A DNA stretch of 64,000 bases from Octopus sinensis. Its lineage: Eukaryota. The DNA is taken from assembly GCF_006345805.1 (NCBI RefSeq), contig NC_043006.1:99200001-99264000 (forward strand), in the 5' to 3' direction. Shown piece after piece: positions 12,901-25,859 of this stretch (positions within the stretch are counted from its first letter, which is position 1; each line of letters begins with the position of its first letter). The position numbers were made by a program, and so were the translations under genes. Below the pieces are notes generated by a model, which worked only from the letters and a program-made list of their open reading frames with translations, was not told the DNA's origin and did not search any database.

Positions 12901-13379
12901 TTTATTAATTCTCTTAATTATCTTTGACTCCGTCCCTCTCTTAATAGTGTCAAACTTAATTTCAGATCCCACGTATTCGCTGAATAATTTCTTCTTAAGT
13001 CGTATTAAGGGAAATTGTTTTGTGTTAGGTTTTCATTGAAAAATGTCTAGATTTCAATCAGTGGTTAATAGCTGTGTTATATATATGGTAAAAAAGAATT
13101 CAAAATTGAAACAGGTTGTTTGTGTTTTGGTATTTGAATATTAAGTGCTCAGGTTATATATATCGCGAGAGAAAATGACGTCACATGCCGATTGTTTTTG
13201 CACAGGTAGATTTATTGAAATCAGTCTACACTGGTTCCTGTATGTTTCATTTCAATAGCTTACGGGACTTAACAATATTCTCGTTGATAATTTCCTTTAC
13301 TGCTTTTGTATCTTTGATGTGTCTGCTTTGCATTGGGTAATTGGGTATTTTTCAGACAGTTTATTATGATTTTCTTTAT

Positions 13380-13560
13380 TGTTATTTCTGTTTGTGTCGT
13401 AGGAGATGAATATTATATCCGTTTGTTATAGCCTAGACAGCATCATATATTAGATAGTTAAATTCTTTGTATTTATTTCATATTGCTGATGCGCTGTTAT
13501 TTTTAGTACAAAGTTAATATTGCCAGACTAGTTAATTTCTCACGATTAATTGTATCATGC
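13380..13560 (-). pseudogene. LRR remnant, probably from the LGR array
   Basis: EKLTSLAILTLY* and FNYLIY.../GYNKRI fit LxxLxLxxN spacing; the match is short and stop-laden. Confidence 0.33.
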
Positions 13561-13902
13561 TTATTTGTGTCTAGTCAGAAATTATTGTTTTATTCCAATA
13601 TCTACAATCACTACTGATTGCAGTCATTTGACTGAATATGAATTAATGATGGTTGTTTCTTTTTTTTTATTTGTCATCATTCAACGCTATTTTTGATGGA
13701 CAACTTCCTTTTATGTTTTGTTCCATTTTACTGACATCATGTGTAGATGTTTCTTTTATACATGGCAGACAAGGCAATTTATTGATTATCATTATGACCC
13801 ATGTCGTGGTTTAATTCGCAATATGTCTTTCTCTCTATTTATTTCTTTAGAATTTCTCTCGCCCTGTCTATCGATCTATATATTTATCTCTCTATCTAAA
13901 CA

Positions 13903-13975
<73 letters not shown>

Positions 13976-14499
13976 ATATAGTTATTATATAAACATATAT
14001 AAACATATATGCATTTGTTCATATGTATATGCATATATACATATTCCTTCTATCGATTTACACTCTAATACATTTCTCTCTCAATAGCCCTCATTTCCCC
14101 CCTTTCTACTTTCAAATTATCTTGACTGACCATTAACTGGCACACTTTCCATTATTATCTCTCTCCTTGTTTTTTCTTGTTTTATTTTTTCTTTTCTTCA
14201 TTCCTCTCTTCCTGTTTTAGGTTTGACTTTACAAATACATTCCCTACTTTTAGGTCACATTAAATAAAACCCTTAACTCAATAGCACTGTACAAACTCTA
14301 TTCTTGGATTGACCAATTTTAAATGTCATTGGATTTTACTCACAAGGTTTTGAAATCTTATATGTATACCATTCTGCCTAAATAATGGATCGACAAATGC
14401 AATATCTCTGCATATCTCACATCTATTTTCATTCCTCCACTTCACTCTCTATTTCGTATCTTATCTATATTAACTATTGCTTAACCATTTTATCACACC

Positions 14500-14547
14500 G
14501 TCTCTGATGAAGGGATATAATAAATATCCTGGAAACAGCTGTAAGAC
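14500..14547 (+). ncRNA. Minimal type-I hammerhead ribozyme motif in a PLE-like terminal region (~14090-14620)
   Basis: GTCT-CTGATGA-A-GGGATAT(AATAA)ATATCCT-G-GAAA-C(AGCT)G-TA-AGAC. Stem I is GTCT/AGAC, loop 3 is palindromic AGCT, the cleavage triplet is GUA. An A.G mismatch lies at the base of stem II. Confidence 0.75.
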
Positions 14548-14644
14548 CTATTTATAAATGTTCTAAAATATTCACAGCCTTGGTTGTTTTTATCTCATTC
14601 TGAAACAAAAATCATATATATATATGAAATTTCATATATATATA

Positions 14645-16620
14645 AAACTAAGCAGCCTCGGGTGGTAGTTAAGAGGAGGCAACTAGTAAGGTAATTCAGC
14701 GATTCATTAAGCATACTAAGAAATGAGTTTCGACTTAACCTCATATATAGCGAATTGTGGTAATAAATAGATATATACAGTACGCAAGAAAGAAAAAAAA
14801 TCTTTCATAGGTAAACTACAATGCACAACTAAAAAGTCACTTACAATTAAGCAGTTAAGACCAAATCACATGTTAAAATAATTAATAAAACTCACAAGTT
14901 GCCACAGTATACTAAATGTGCTTAATAAGCATTACATCATCGTTCAAGTTATATAATTCATATCATTACATAAACAATTTAAAAGAATATATTGCCACTA
15001 AATGGGTACTATTAATACCGGGTCCACTGTCAAATTAGTACCGTGAGTTAGAATTTCCTTAATTCAAACAATTTACTAAACATACTTAGAAAGCAACACT
15101 AAATACCCTAATATTAGAATGAAATACGAATTAAATCTAATAATTAACAAATTATAAGCTGATGGTTTATTAATTCAAAGAAAGTGCAAAAAATGCTGCT
15201 TAATCAATAGGTTGTGCTTATATTACATTACACTAAAATTAGATTAATCCTATCAATAAATCTAATGATTTAAAATTATAATCTAATAATATATTAACTC
15301 TAAGAGGGTGTAGACATACAATTACAGTCAACGGGCTACAATTACAGTTCTACAGAGCACATTCAATTTTTTCAAATATCTCCTGGTAAGCCCAACAAAC
15401 GTTGTATCAAAAACAAGCAAACACATGCAATGTATGGTGGGAGAGGGTGGACAAAGAGTACAATTAAATAAAGGAAAAATCACAAATAAGGAAAAAAGCT
15501 GAAATGAAATAAGACGATTAAATCTAACATGGGGTAATAGTATTCCCAAATATGTAGGGCTATGAATGTCCATTTAAAGTGGGGGAAAAGCAGTGATTGG
15601 AGGTAAGAACAATAAGTTATTAGCGAAATAAGTCCAAATTCAAGCAAGCGTCGACATATATATTCATGGTATAAAAGGTGCTAGAGGATAAGGAAAGCAA
15701 ACAAGATAGGAAAAGCTAAAATTGAAATTTAAATAAAATGTAGTATTTGAAGTAGTTATTAGGGGTAAAAGCCTATATGGTAGAAAGCTTAAGGCCGATG
15801 TGTTCCTGTAAAACCTATGATAGAAATAATATGGGGGAAAGGCAAATTAGTATAGGAAGTAGGTAGTAGATATAGGTGGGGGGGTAACATTTAAACTCAG
15901 GAATAGGGTAAGAAATGGGATTGTATATTTAAATACCTACAAGAATTTCGGTAATTCCTAACAAGCCAGACTATAATTAAGGAGTGGGATGTGCAGCCTA
16001 CAGTTTACAATTAGGCACTACTATTTGTATGCTGTAGGGTTATTTGTACTATTGTGGGCGTATATAGTGCTCCCAGTGTTATTTATATTAATCGAAAGTA
16101 TACCTTCCTTTGTACAGGCAAGCTACATTACGTTCATATTTAAAGTTCACTAATGGATTACGTGATGTTAGAATGAAAAAAATATCATTAATGTAAAGGT
16201 AACATTTCCTATTTTTTCCATATACGAAGGTACAGTGGCGAGGATCTTCCATTTTAATATGAAACTAGTGTTACTATATTTGAGCTCCCAAATATACCTG
16301 CTTAAACCTGTGTATAAAGGTGTCAAACCATCTTATAAGTGACTGAACGGTATATGATTGCCACGTTAGATTACATATCTGATACATTCTTTTGCTTTCA
16401 CCCCTAATGTTAGTGATTTAATAAGTTGTATATTCGAGGATGGTTAAATAAGGTATGCATATATCATTTTAATATTTAAATAGTAAATTAAAACCTGCTG
16501 AAGCTTTGTATGGATTTATATCTATGAACATATATCGACAGATCTTTTTATAATCATCAAGAATACACGCATACAGCGTTTGGCTATTACATCTCCTAGT
16601 ATAATAATGAGTGTAATGTT
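14645..16620 (-). mobile_element. Degenerate Penelope-like element (GIY-YIG plus 3' terminal region)
   Basis: GLSRYIWELKYSNTSFILKWKILATVPSY (16310-16220) and FFILTSRNPL match the PLE endonuclease C-terminus. A decayed hammerhead-like motif lies on the same strand at 14711-14751. Confidence 0.68.
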
Positions 16621-17029
16621 TTTATAAGTGTGTTCAAAATCACGAAGTAGGAGAACGAGTAATATAATGCAAGGGAGAGGAGAGAAAATAGTAATTCAGT
16701 GAAGGAGAAGTAGTGAGAGTAATAGCGCTGACCGAGACAGAGAGTGAGAGAGAGAGATTGGGAGAAAGTAATAGCAATGAGAGAAAGGATGTGGTAAAGA
16801 GCACGTCTTATCCCTTAACAGCATATGAATGAGAATGGTAGGGGTGATAGATGAATAACGAATGAAGGGGTGAAAAAAAATCAGCATTTCAACTTGTGAA
16901 TGCTTGTATGTGTGTGTGTGTGTATGCGAGTGTGTGTGCGTTCACGCGCGAAATGGAAATGGGAGGGTGAACGTTCAACGTTGGAAAGAAAAATCGAACA
17001 GACATTTTATAGCTGTATCGTCCACCATA

Positions 17030-19200
17030 GAGCAATTTTTGAGAGTAGTATTAAGGCTAGAGAAAAGAGGAGTGGTAATAGAGTCAACTTGGGAAGGGAC
17101 ACTTCAAATACTTAAATCTCCAGCATTGAGAGATTCATTGTCAGTGTTCAAAGTCGGTGTGGTCCTCCATCTTATACTTACAGACAAGAATTTTCTCAGA
17201 GTAGGTGCTATTTTATACGTTTCCAGACATTTCTTAATCCAGCTGTGGTAGACTATCAAAAGCTTTTTCATAGTCTTCCTAGGGTATTGAGAATTTTTGT
17301 GTCGCTTGTGACAATATTCCATGATCATTTTACTAATGAGTAACTGATTTTTACAACCATAGGACCTACGTCTACATCCGTTTTACTCATTAGGTATATG
17401 CCACTTTTTATTAAAAGGTATATTCAGGCGGCGATCTGGCAGAATCGTTAGCACGCCGGGCGAAATGCTTAGCGGTATTTCGTCTGCGTTACGTTGTGAG
17501 TTCAAATTCCGCCGAGGTCGACTTTGCCTTTCATCCTTTCGGGGTCGATAAATTAAGTACCAATTGCGCACTGGGGTCGATGCAATCGGCTTAATACCTA
17601 TGTCTGTCCTTGTTTGTCCCCTCTGTGTTTAGCCCCTTGTGGGTAATAAAGAAATAGGTATATTCAGTCAAGACAGATGCTAGTATTTTATAGTGTTGTT
17701 AAGCAGGTCATGGATCTATAATGGTTTGGCTAATTTCTTTCTTCATTTTTTGGAATTAGGAATCTTAAACCATCAAGTAGAGGGAATCATTGTACATTGT
17801 TGCAATACGCTGTAAAGTTTCATTAGCAGTTGATGACTCTCTCTGGGAAGGCGTTAAACCAGGAGTAAGGATTTTTTTCCCTTTCCTGTAAATTTCCATT
17901 TGCTTGATTTCCTGAAAGCATACTTTACATTCTCTACCTTGATACCCGTCCACTTTTGCTCTTCTAAGGAATCTAATTCAGTAGATATTCTATCAATCTA
18001 AGGAGCCTTATTATTGCGTGATTTTTCTTCTGCCCAAATTATATTCCAAAATTTATTTTCTTTGGACAGACTTTACTGTAACTGTTATTTTCCTCGTCTT
18101 CTTGTAAACATTTTTGTAGTTATATTTGAATGTGTTGTTTTCCCTGAAGAATCTAACAAGTTTTCATATCTTGCTATGCGGGTAGCTTTAGCTCATACAT
18201 TTTGCTTCATAGTATCTATGGTGATATCGTGGTCAAGTATAATTTTCATATTATATTTTCAAACATCTATGCCTGGCCTAAGTAGCTGAATTTTGTGTTG
18301 AATCCGCTCTTGCCAAGCAGACGTTTTGTGAGACTGTAGTCGTTTTCTCCTCTTTTTCACCAAATAGAGTCGTTGAGATTTTCACGCATGCAATATACAG
18401 GTGAATGAGATCTGTAAAATCAGCATCATTAGCTGAAATTATATCCTTAAGTGGAAGGCAGATTTTATCAATTACTTTCAGGTTTTGGTTAGAGCTACGA
18501 ATTTTTGGAAGAGTGTCACGTTCATTCTTACTGGTTTCTTAATTTTCAACCATTCAATCATGATTTGATTTTTTAGATCATGTAGTACATTTGGGGCAAT
18601 ATTTGTGTAACTTGCTTCATCTATTTCATTTTCATTTTCCTTGGTGTTTATGGTTGGTTTAGAGAATATTTCTCTTTGCTTATCAGTTATATTATCTCAT
18701 TCTATCATTACTGTATTTTTATCAGACCTCGGCTGATAAATAATTATTACCTGCGTAGTTTAGTCTTTAGTTGTAACTTCGTTCCTTTTGTCCGTTACTG
18801 ATTGTTTAATTTGGTCAATCTCTAATTCAGTTAATAATTTCTTTTTCATAATGTTTCTTCTGACGTTGGCAAATTGGTACTGACTATGTTGAGTCTGACT
18901 TCTAGCTGCTTCTGTCTCCAGTTTAGGTAGGTTTTTTCAGTATTAGATTCATGTGTGGGGAAATACATGGCATAATAGAAGCCCTTAAGAAGTTCTTTAT
19001 TATCTCCTCTAGAACCTTTTTCTTTCTATTGTTTTGGTTATTTGATGACGAGCGTGGATTCTCATCTGTTGGGATATACCGGTTGTGGGGCACTTCAGCT
19101 CCTGTGTCGTGGGAAGATTTGAACGAGTAGCTGGTTTTTCGCACGCTATCTGGTTCCCCACTCAGGTATCCGGCCCTTGGACGTTGACATCAGAAGACGG
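17030..19200 (-). mobile_element. Degenerate R4/Dong-like (RLE-type) non-LTR retrotransposon
   Basis: N-terminal ERDTLPKIRS and SAWQERIQHKIQLLRPG, AKATRIARY. RT segment VYHSWIKKCLETYKIAPTLRKFLSVSIRWRT and SQVDSITTPLF. Interrupted by a SINE at 17428-17655. Confidence 0.72.
17428..17655 (+). mobile_element. tRNA-derived Nin/Deu-domain SINE (family A) with a 12-bp TSD
   Basis: Contains GTCGACTTTGCCTTTCATCCTTTCGGGGTCGATAAATTAAGTACCA (Nin/Deu-like core). Flanked by AGGTATATTCAG at 17416-17427 and 17656-17667. Confidence 0.9.
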
Positions 19201-19867
19201 ATCTATCTATTTAGTGTTAGTTTTCTGAGACCATAACGCCTCCGCGTTCTCGGAATAAAAGCATTGCTCGTGACGTGACTTCTTAAGGTGACCACATCTG
19301 TATTTTTTTTTAGTAGGTTTATCTCCGGGCATAGTTTTTGTGGTGTAATTAAAATTATGAATTGTTCACTCGCGGTTAGCTCGAAAAAAAATGTTTTGTT
19401 GTGTTTGTTTTTTTGGCTTTGTTTGTGAAATGTGCTTTCATATGTGTGTATATGTGGCCTGTAAATTTCAGGTAGTTGTGTAAACATTGAGATGTATGTG
19501 TAGTGCAAAGGGTATTGAAATGCATATATGATTGTGTCGACATTCCAGTGTATGCACAGCTAATCAATTTATGCACTTACTGTTTTGTTCCACTGATATT
19601 TTATAATTTGTAAACTTCCCGTTGTTGATTTCGCATGTGTCCCTCGCGCCTGTTTCACTGAGACATAGTGCTTGGGAAAAACTATGCTTTGTATGGCAGT
19701 AAAATTACCTTCTAATGATTACTTTCGTTAAATGTCCGATTCCTTCCACAAGTTCCTTTATCCTATTCCAACGATGCTGTTAGATTAGATCATATTTTTG
19801 AACGGATAGCCTGGTGTAGCACATCCATGTTGTTTTCCAGCGCGGAGCTCATCATCATCATCAGTAT

Positions 19868-19890
19868 AATTATTGTTATTATTATTATTA

Positions 19891-19931
<41 letters not shown>

Positions 19932-19944
19932 GTTATTATTATTA

Positions 19945-19992
<48 letters not shown>
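19868..19992. repeat. (ATT)n/(AAT)n trinucleotide microsatellite
   Basis: About 40 ATT units with occasional GTT; source of the poly-N, poly-I and poly-L ORFs. Confidence 0.97.
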
Positions 19993-19994
<2 letters not shown>

Positions 19995-20856
19995 ATTATC
20001 AGAATTTCTAATCCTATTATTCGCATTGATACTGCCATCACACGTTGTACTGTTCAAATTTCTAGATGTATCATTGTGGCTTATCATATTTTCTTCATTT
20101 TCATTTTATATTACCTTATTTCCTTTTTACCTATCTTAGTATATCATCTTTTATTGGCATACTTTAAAGAATATTTTTTAAGTAATAATGTCTTTAGTAT
20201 ACCTCATTTTATAATATTTTATTATAGCTTTTAGTATAATTCTTCTATCAGATATTTACTTATATTTCCTCGTAAACTTTATAAATCTTAAATCTTAAGA
20301 TTTTATATATTTTTCCGTAATTTTTATATGTTTTATTAATACTTTGAGATTTTGAATTTATTTATTATACACCGTATTGAGTACTTTGAAACTAAAATTA
20401 TAACAGTACTCGCTTAAATGCCACCCTATGCATTGAGTACATATTAAGTTGCATGAAACTTAAACAATAGTTTTCAAACAATGAACAGTTTTCATCAAAA
20501 CAGTGATACAGTGTGTCGTCTTGGAACTTAATGCGAAGCTGCGTGACAAAGTACAGTACCACCACTCCCGCCACCAAATCTGCCATATACACCATTCAGA
20601 TTTCTGACGCCACTACCATCAATAACTTTGACTTCACCACCTTCCACTCCACCACCATCACCTCCGTCATTCACATGGCTTACTCCCTCTGTTATACCTG
20701 ACCGGTTCGGCTACCACCACCACCATTATTACCTACGCCTCCACCTCTATCACAACTACAGCTCATACTATTACTATCACTCCATTACCATCAGTGTTCA
20801 TTATGTTAGTTCAGCATGCTGCTTCAATGTTCACTCCCTCTTTTTCTCACCTCCAC

Positions 20857-20895
<39 letters not shown>

Positions 20896-21251
20896 ATTAT
20901 TACTCTCACTCCCACCATGAACACTACAACTTTAATAAAACATCAACTATCCCTAAATTCCTTTGTCCCTCTTTCTCTCCGTGACTTTTCTTTCTTTCTC
21001 CCTGTCTGTCTGCCTGTCTCTATCTTTGTGTTCGCCATCGCCCTCACCGTCTTTATGCCTACGCACCCCAGAACGAGGAATAGTAGAAGTGTCATTGAAT
21101 AGTGAGAGAGGGGTTTACTCTGTGACACACTGACACACAGAAATTAAGTTTCGTATTTATTATATTAGATTATATATTCAACTGCTACACATTGTATTTT
21201 GTATATATATATTAGATATTATATGGTTCATATTTTATGCCTATGTATATA

Positions 21252-21312
<61 letters not shown>

Positions 21313-22207
21313 CCTTTATATTTTTTAAATATTTTCTCATACTATATTTTATTTTTGTATTTAGTTTAATTTTTATTGACATTTTTTTTTATTTCCTTAT
21401 GTTTTTAAAGTTTGTATAACATTACAATTTGGTGGCAATTTATAATTTCTGATTTCTTTTATGCTATTTTCGTTATAAGCTTCAAAGATATATCATATAT
21501 TAAATTATACGTTTCCCACTTATCTAGTTATACATGAACTTTCGTTCTAGCCTCTATATATCTATATACTTACATTTTGCTTAACAGTATGTAAACTAAT
21601 GTAAAAACTTATACCATCAATTTATATACCAACTATAGTCTCTTAAGTGCTATTCCTTACAACAGTTCATTTTTGCTTTCCCTTTAAGATGACAATCAGA
21701 AAATACCTTATCAGCAATCCCTACCCACTCTTCTCTTTCTATTATCAACACTCTTCTATCAGAAGTTCCCGTTTACCACCCCATGACCTACCCGTTTGGT
21801 GTTGATATAGCCGAATATAGAGTTCTATTTTCTTAGATAGTAAAACGGCCTGTCATGATATTAATTTATTTACAACTAGCTAAAGATCTAAGTTTAGATA
21901 TTTGAAAACAACATTTTCCCTATTGAGTTCGATATGACAATAACGGGGTCACTACTCTAATCCATCCTCGCTCTAACCTATGCAAATCTATGGGTTGTCT
22001 GTCACTGTCCTTTCTTCATTCTTCCCAAAACTTTAGCAGCGGAATCATTGTAAATATTTGCTCTCTGTTGATGATGTGAATATGTTTCAATATTGAACTT
22101 TATGCTTAAGGTGTATGGGGCCATTTGATGTGGACGGTTTTCTATGTAATAGTCATTGATCAATAAAAGGAGTTGTTCGAAACGGCCGCAATGAATCATC
22201 GTTACTG

Positions 22208-22477
<270 letters not shown>

Positions 22478-23009
22478 AATTCAGAAACAAAGTACTCCAT
22501 CCAGTGAGAGATAAATATCAGTTAAGAAAAAAGGCCGAAAGAACTACTAACAGCTACTAATAGAGTCTGCGTGTTTTCGTGTGTGTGTTCGGTCGAGTGA
22601 ACAAAGGCAAGAAGCGCTCAATCGATTTAGCAAGGGTAATGTATAGAAGTGAAAACCGTGACGCCTGTTGCTCCGAGAAAGGACTTGATGTGAGGAGCCT
22701 CGTTTGACTGTGACTTACTTTCAGCTGCATTTTTACACCAGTTGCATAGAGATAACCTATGTGTGTGTTCAATTTTGTTTATACACACATACAAATACAC
22801 ACATGTATATAAATGTTACTAGAACTGTTTCACACGCAGTCTTTGGTACTGAATACTTAATTAGGTTCCAGCGGTCATACCATGACATTTTGGTGCGGTG
22901 ATCAAATGTTTAGTTTAGAGAAAAGTTATCGGGAACTGGATTTAACTTCTCAATTTGATATCATGAAAGAGAATATTTATATATCCATGTATGTATATAG
23001 TTACATATA

Positions 23010-23010
23010 C

Positions 23011-23084
<74 letters not shown>

Positions 23085-23140
23085 ATATATATATATATAT
23101 ATCTATCTAGTTATCTATCTATCCATCTATCTACCTATCT
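23010..23140. repeat. (ATCT)n tetranucleotide microsatellite
   Basis: Visible tandem ATCT. Confidence 0.95.
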
Positions 23141-24289
23141 ATATATATGCATGCACACATATGTAAATATATGAACACACATGTATATATGCACACACAT
23201 ATAGATGTAAATGTATGTGAGTGTCTCTTTGTATATGTCTGTAGGAAAACAAACATGAATTAAAAGTGTTTCCTGTAGAATCAAATTAAGCTGCCATATT
23301 TACGCACAATCATCTTAAATCGTACACTTAGGTAAATGTTTACCACAACATTTTTGAGTATATATGCGCTTATATGTGTGTAGTGTACCAGCGTGCCCTG
23401 TAACTGTATATGTACATTCACGTGATCGTTTAAATTGAACAGAAAATAAATATTCCAGATTCCGTTTCCGTTTTGAATATTGCAATATTTTTTTCTCGCT
23501 ATGTTAGACTGTAACAAATTAAGACGCATCATCTATCAAAATATATTTAAATAAAGCCATAACTAATTTTCATATTCGAAAATTGTGAAAAATAATCTTT
23601 ATCTTTCTCTTTGTAATATACCCACTTATAAAGAAGAAGGTTGCTTGCCACTTATGCATAAATGAGGAGTATTGTATATAACATTTCAATATAGAATTAT
23701 ATTTCCACCTGTTCGCACCCTGAGAGCATCAGATTTTCTTTTGTGTTCATATGGAATACAAACGTCACAGAAACATATTTAATCACCTAGATATTTCTTT
23801 GTGTACACTTTAATATATATGCGCAATGTTTGCAGAAATGCTGTGACGTAAATATATATTAGAATCAGTATAAATTCATGTGTTAACGTGCAGAATAAAA
23901 TATTGCTTGCATTAATTGTACATTAACAATCATCATTGCACAAAATTATGTCGGTCCATCCTCCTTACATCTTAGCTACAACGTATTTATTGTGTATTCA
24001 GAAGAACAAGTGATACGATGACCTGCATTATTCAAAGAAATACTACTACACAAACATAATTCCGTTTGTCAATGTTATTTGATAGGATTAAAATATACAC
24101 CCCAAAATAGTTCAAAGTAAATTACTAATTCATTACTGTTCACTTTAGGTGCATTCACAGCGGGTATATACATGTAACATTTGCTATCATCCGAATGCTC
24201 CAACTCGTACAAATTCACTGTAATAATGCAATTTTGATAATATATATAATAATAATGTAATATATACAATCAGTCCACTTAGCTATCAG

Positions 24290-24324
<35 letters not shown>

Positions 24325-24529
24325 GTAGGAAATATAATTCCAAAACTTACAGGGAAAAATTCAGGTTAACTATTTTAAATCAAATTTCACAATGTATAAA
24401 ATATGTATATAATTTAGAGAAAAACAACTATTAAATAACTGAATGACGAAATGTTATTCACACCATATAGAAAACCTATACTATAAAAAAACTTATTCTA
24501 AAAATCAATAGATTACAATAAATAGTAAA

Positions 24530-25706
24530 TAGTTGTAAAAAGATGCATTTGCGTATTCCCTCCAAGAAGATGATTTTCAGTTAGGGGTGCAAATATTTAT
24601 TCACCGCTTCCTCCACATCTTCATCTGTAGAAAACCGGCGACCACGTAAACCATCTTTGAATGGTCCAAAGATATGATAGTCGGAAAGGGTGAGATCTGG
24701 GCTGCATGCAGGGTGTTCTAGCACCCCTCAAAACCCAATTGGTTAATGGCTTCAATGGTCTGTGCGGTCGTGTGTAGGTGTGGATTGTCATGCAGCAGCA
24801 AAATTTTCTTCAACATTAGGCTTCGGCGTTTGGTGCGAATTGCTGGCTTCAGATTGTTGACCAGCAAAACACTGTATCCTGCACTGTTCCTCGTACGCCC
24901 CTTTTCCATATAGGCACTTTTGAGTGCGAAGAAACGGTTAGCACCAACTATCCGGCTGAAGACAGAGACTTGAATGCCTTCGTTGCTGGCAAAACAAAGA
25001 TTTTCATCTTCCATTATCTCTGTTTTGGAATCTATCTCATAATGATGAACCCATGTTTTTATCTCCTGCGACTATTCTGCTCAATATTTCCTTGGCCTCA
25101 TTGTTGTAGCAATTGCGTAAAAGTTGGCAGACCTCAGAACGTTTACGCTTGTGCTCTGCAGTAAGCTCTCTTAAAAACCATCATATAGAGATGTGATGGA
25201 AGCCAATCTCATTGTGGATGATTTGATAGACAGAACCATGAATAATCCGCAGAAAACGAGTTACTTCATTGACGATAACTCGCCGGTTGACCATTATCAT
25301 CTCTGGAGCTTGTTGAATTTTCTTGTCAGTGGTGGATGTTGACGGGCGTCGTGCACCCTCTTCGTGCATCACGCTTGTCCGGACATTTTTAAAAGCCTTG
25401 ATCCACTCATACACACTTCTACGCGGTAGTACACTGCCTCCGTAATGTACAAAAGCCTCCGATGAATTTCCGCACCTGACACACCTTCCAACCAAGGAGA
25501 TCGGATCACTGCTCTTTGTACTTCTTTAGTGCACTTTGCTAGAGGAGTGGCCATGCTTACACTGGGGATCCAGAAAAAATAGCGCGATCAGGCTCACACT
25601 TCTATCTCGTGACCACAATAGTATCAACTATAAGCATGCACAGAAGACAGTGTGATAACAATAGATATGTTATGGCGAAAGTGCGGATAATTGCTACTTC
25701 CCCTCG
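24530..25706 (-). mobile_element. Degenerate mariner transposon
   Basis: Frameshifted transposase: QRAVIRS, VLPRRSVYEWIKAFKNVRTS, GARRPSTS, LLLHDNPHLHT, SPDLTLSDYHIFGPFK. TIR-like CGAGGGGAAGTAGCAATTATCCGCAC at the 5' end (to 25706). Confidence 0.85.
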
Positions 25707-25859
25707 GATCGCCAAGCAATGTTCAGTTATAGAGACAATGGTCTATTCAACTTACAGGAAACTGGTACAAGCGAAATCGAGAGAAAAAATGAAAAGAATG
25801 GAGATGCAAAATATGGAAGGGTGAATAAAAACAGAATAAGAAAATTTAAGAAAAAATTG

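Noticed and set aside
19785-20234. Poly-Asn, poly-Ile and poly-Leu ORFs
   Set aside because: Translations of the (ATT)n microsatellite.
21420-21790. Possible plus-strand GIY-YIG remnant (LLSAIPYNSS)
   Set aside because: Only one short motif; insufficient support.
22719-22756. Possible 38-nt minus-strand exon (GYLYATGVKMQLK) with a GTAAGT donor
   Set aside because: Acceptor lacks a polypyrimidine tract; no recognisable protein or partner exons.
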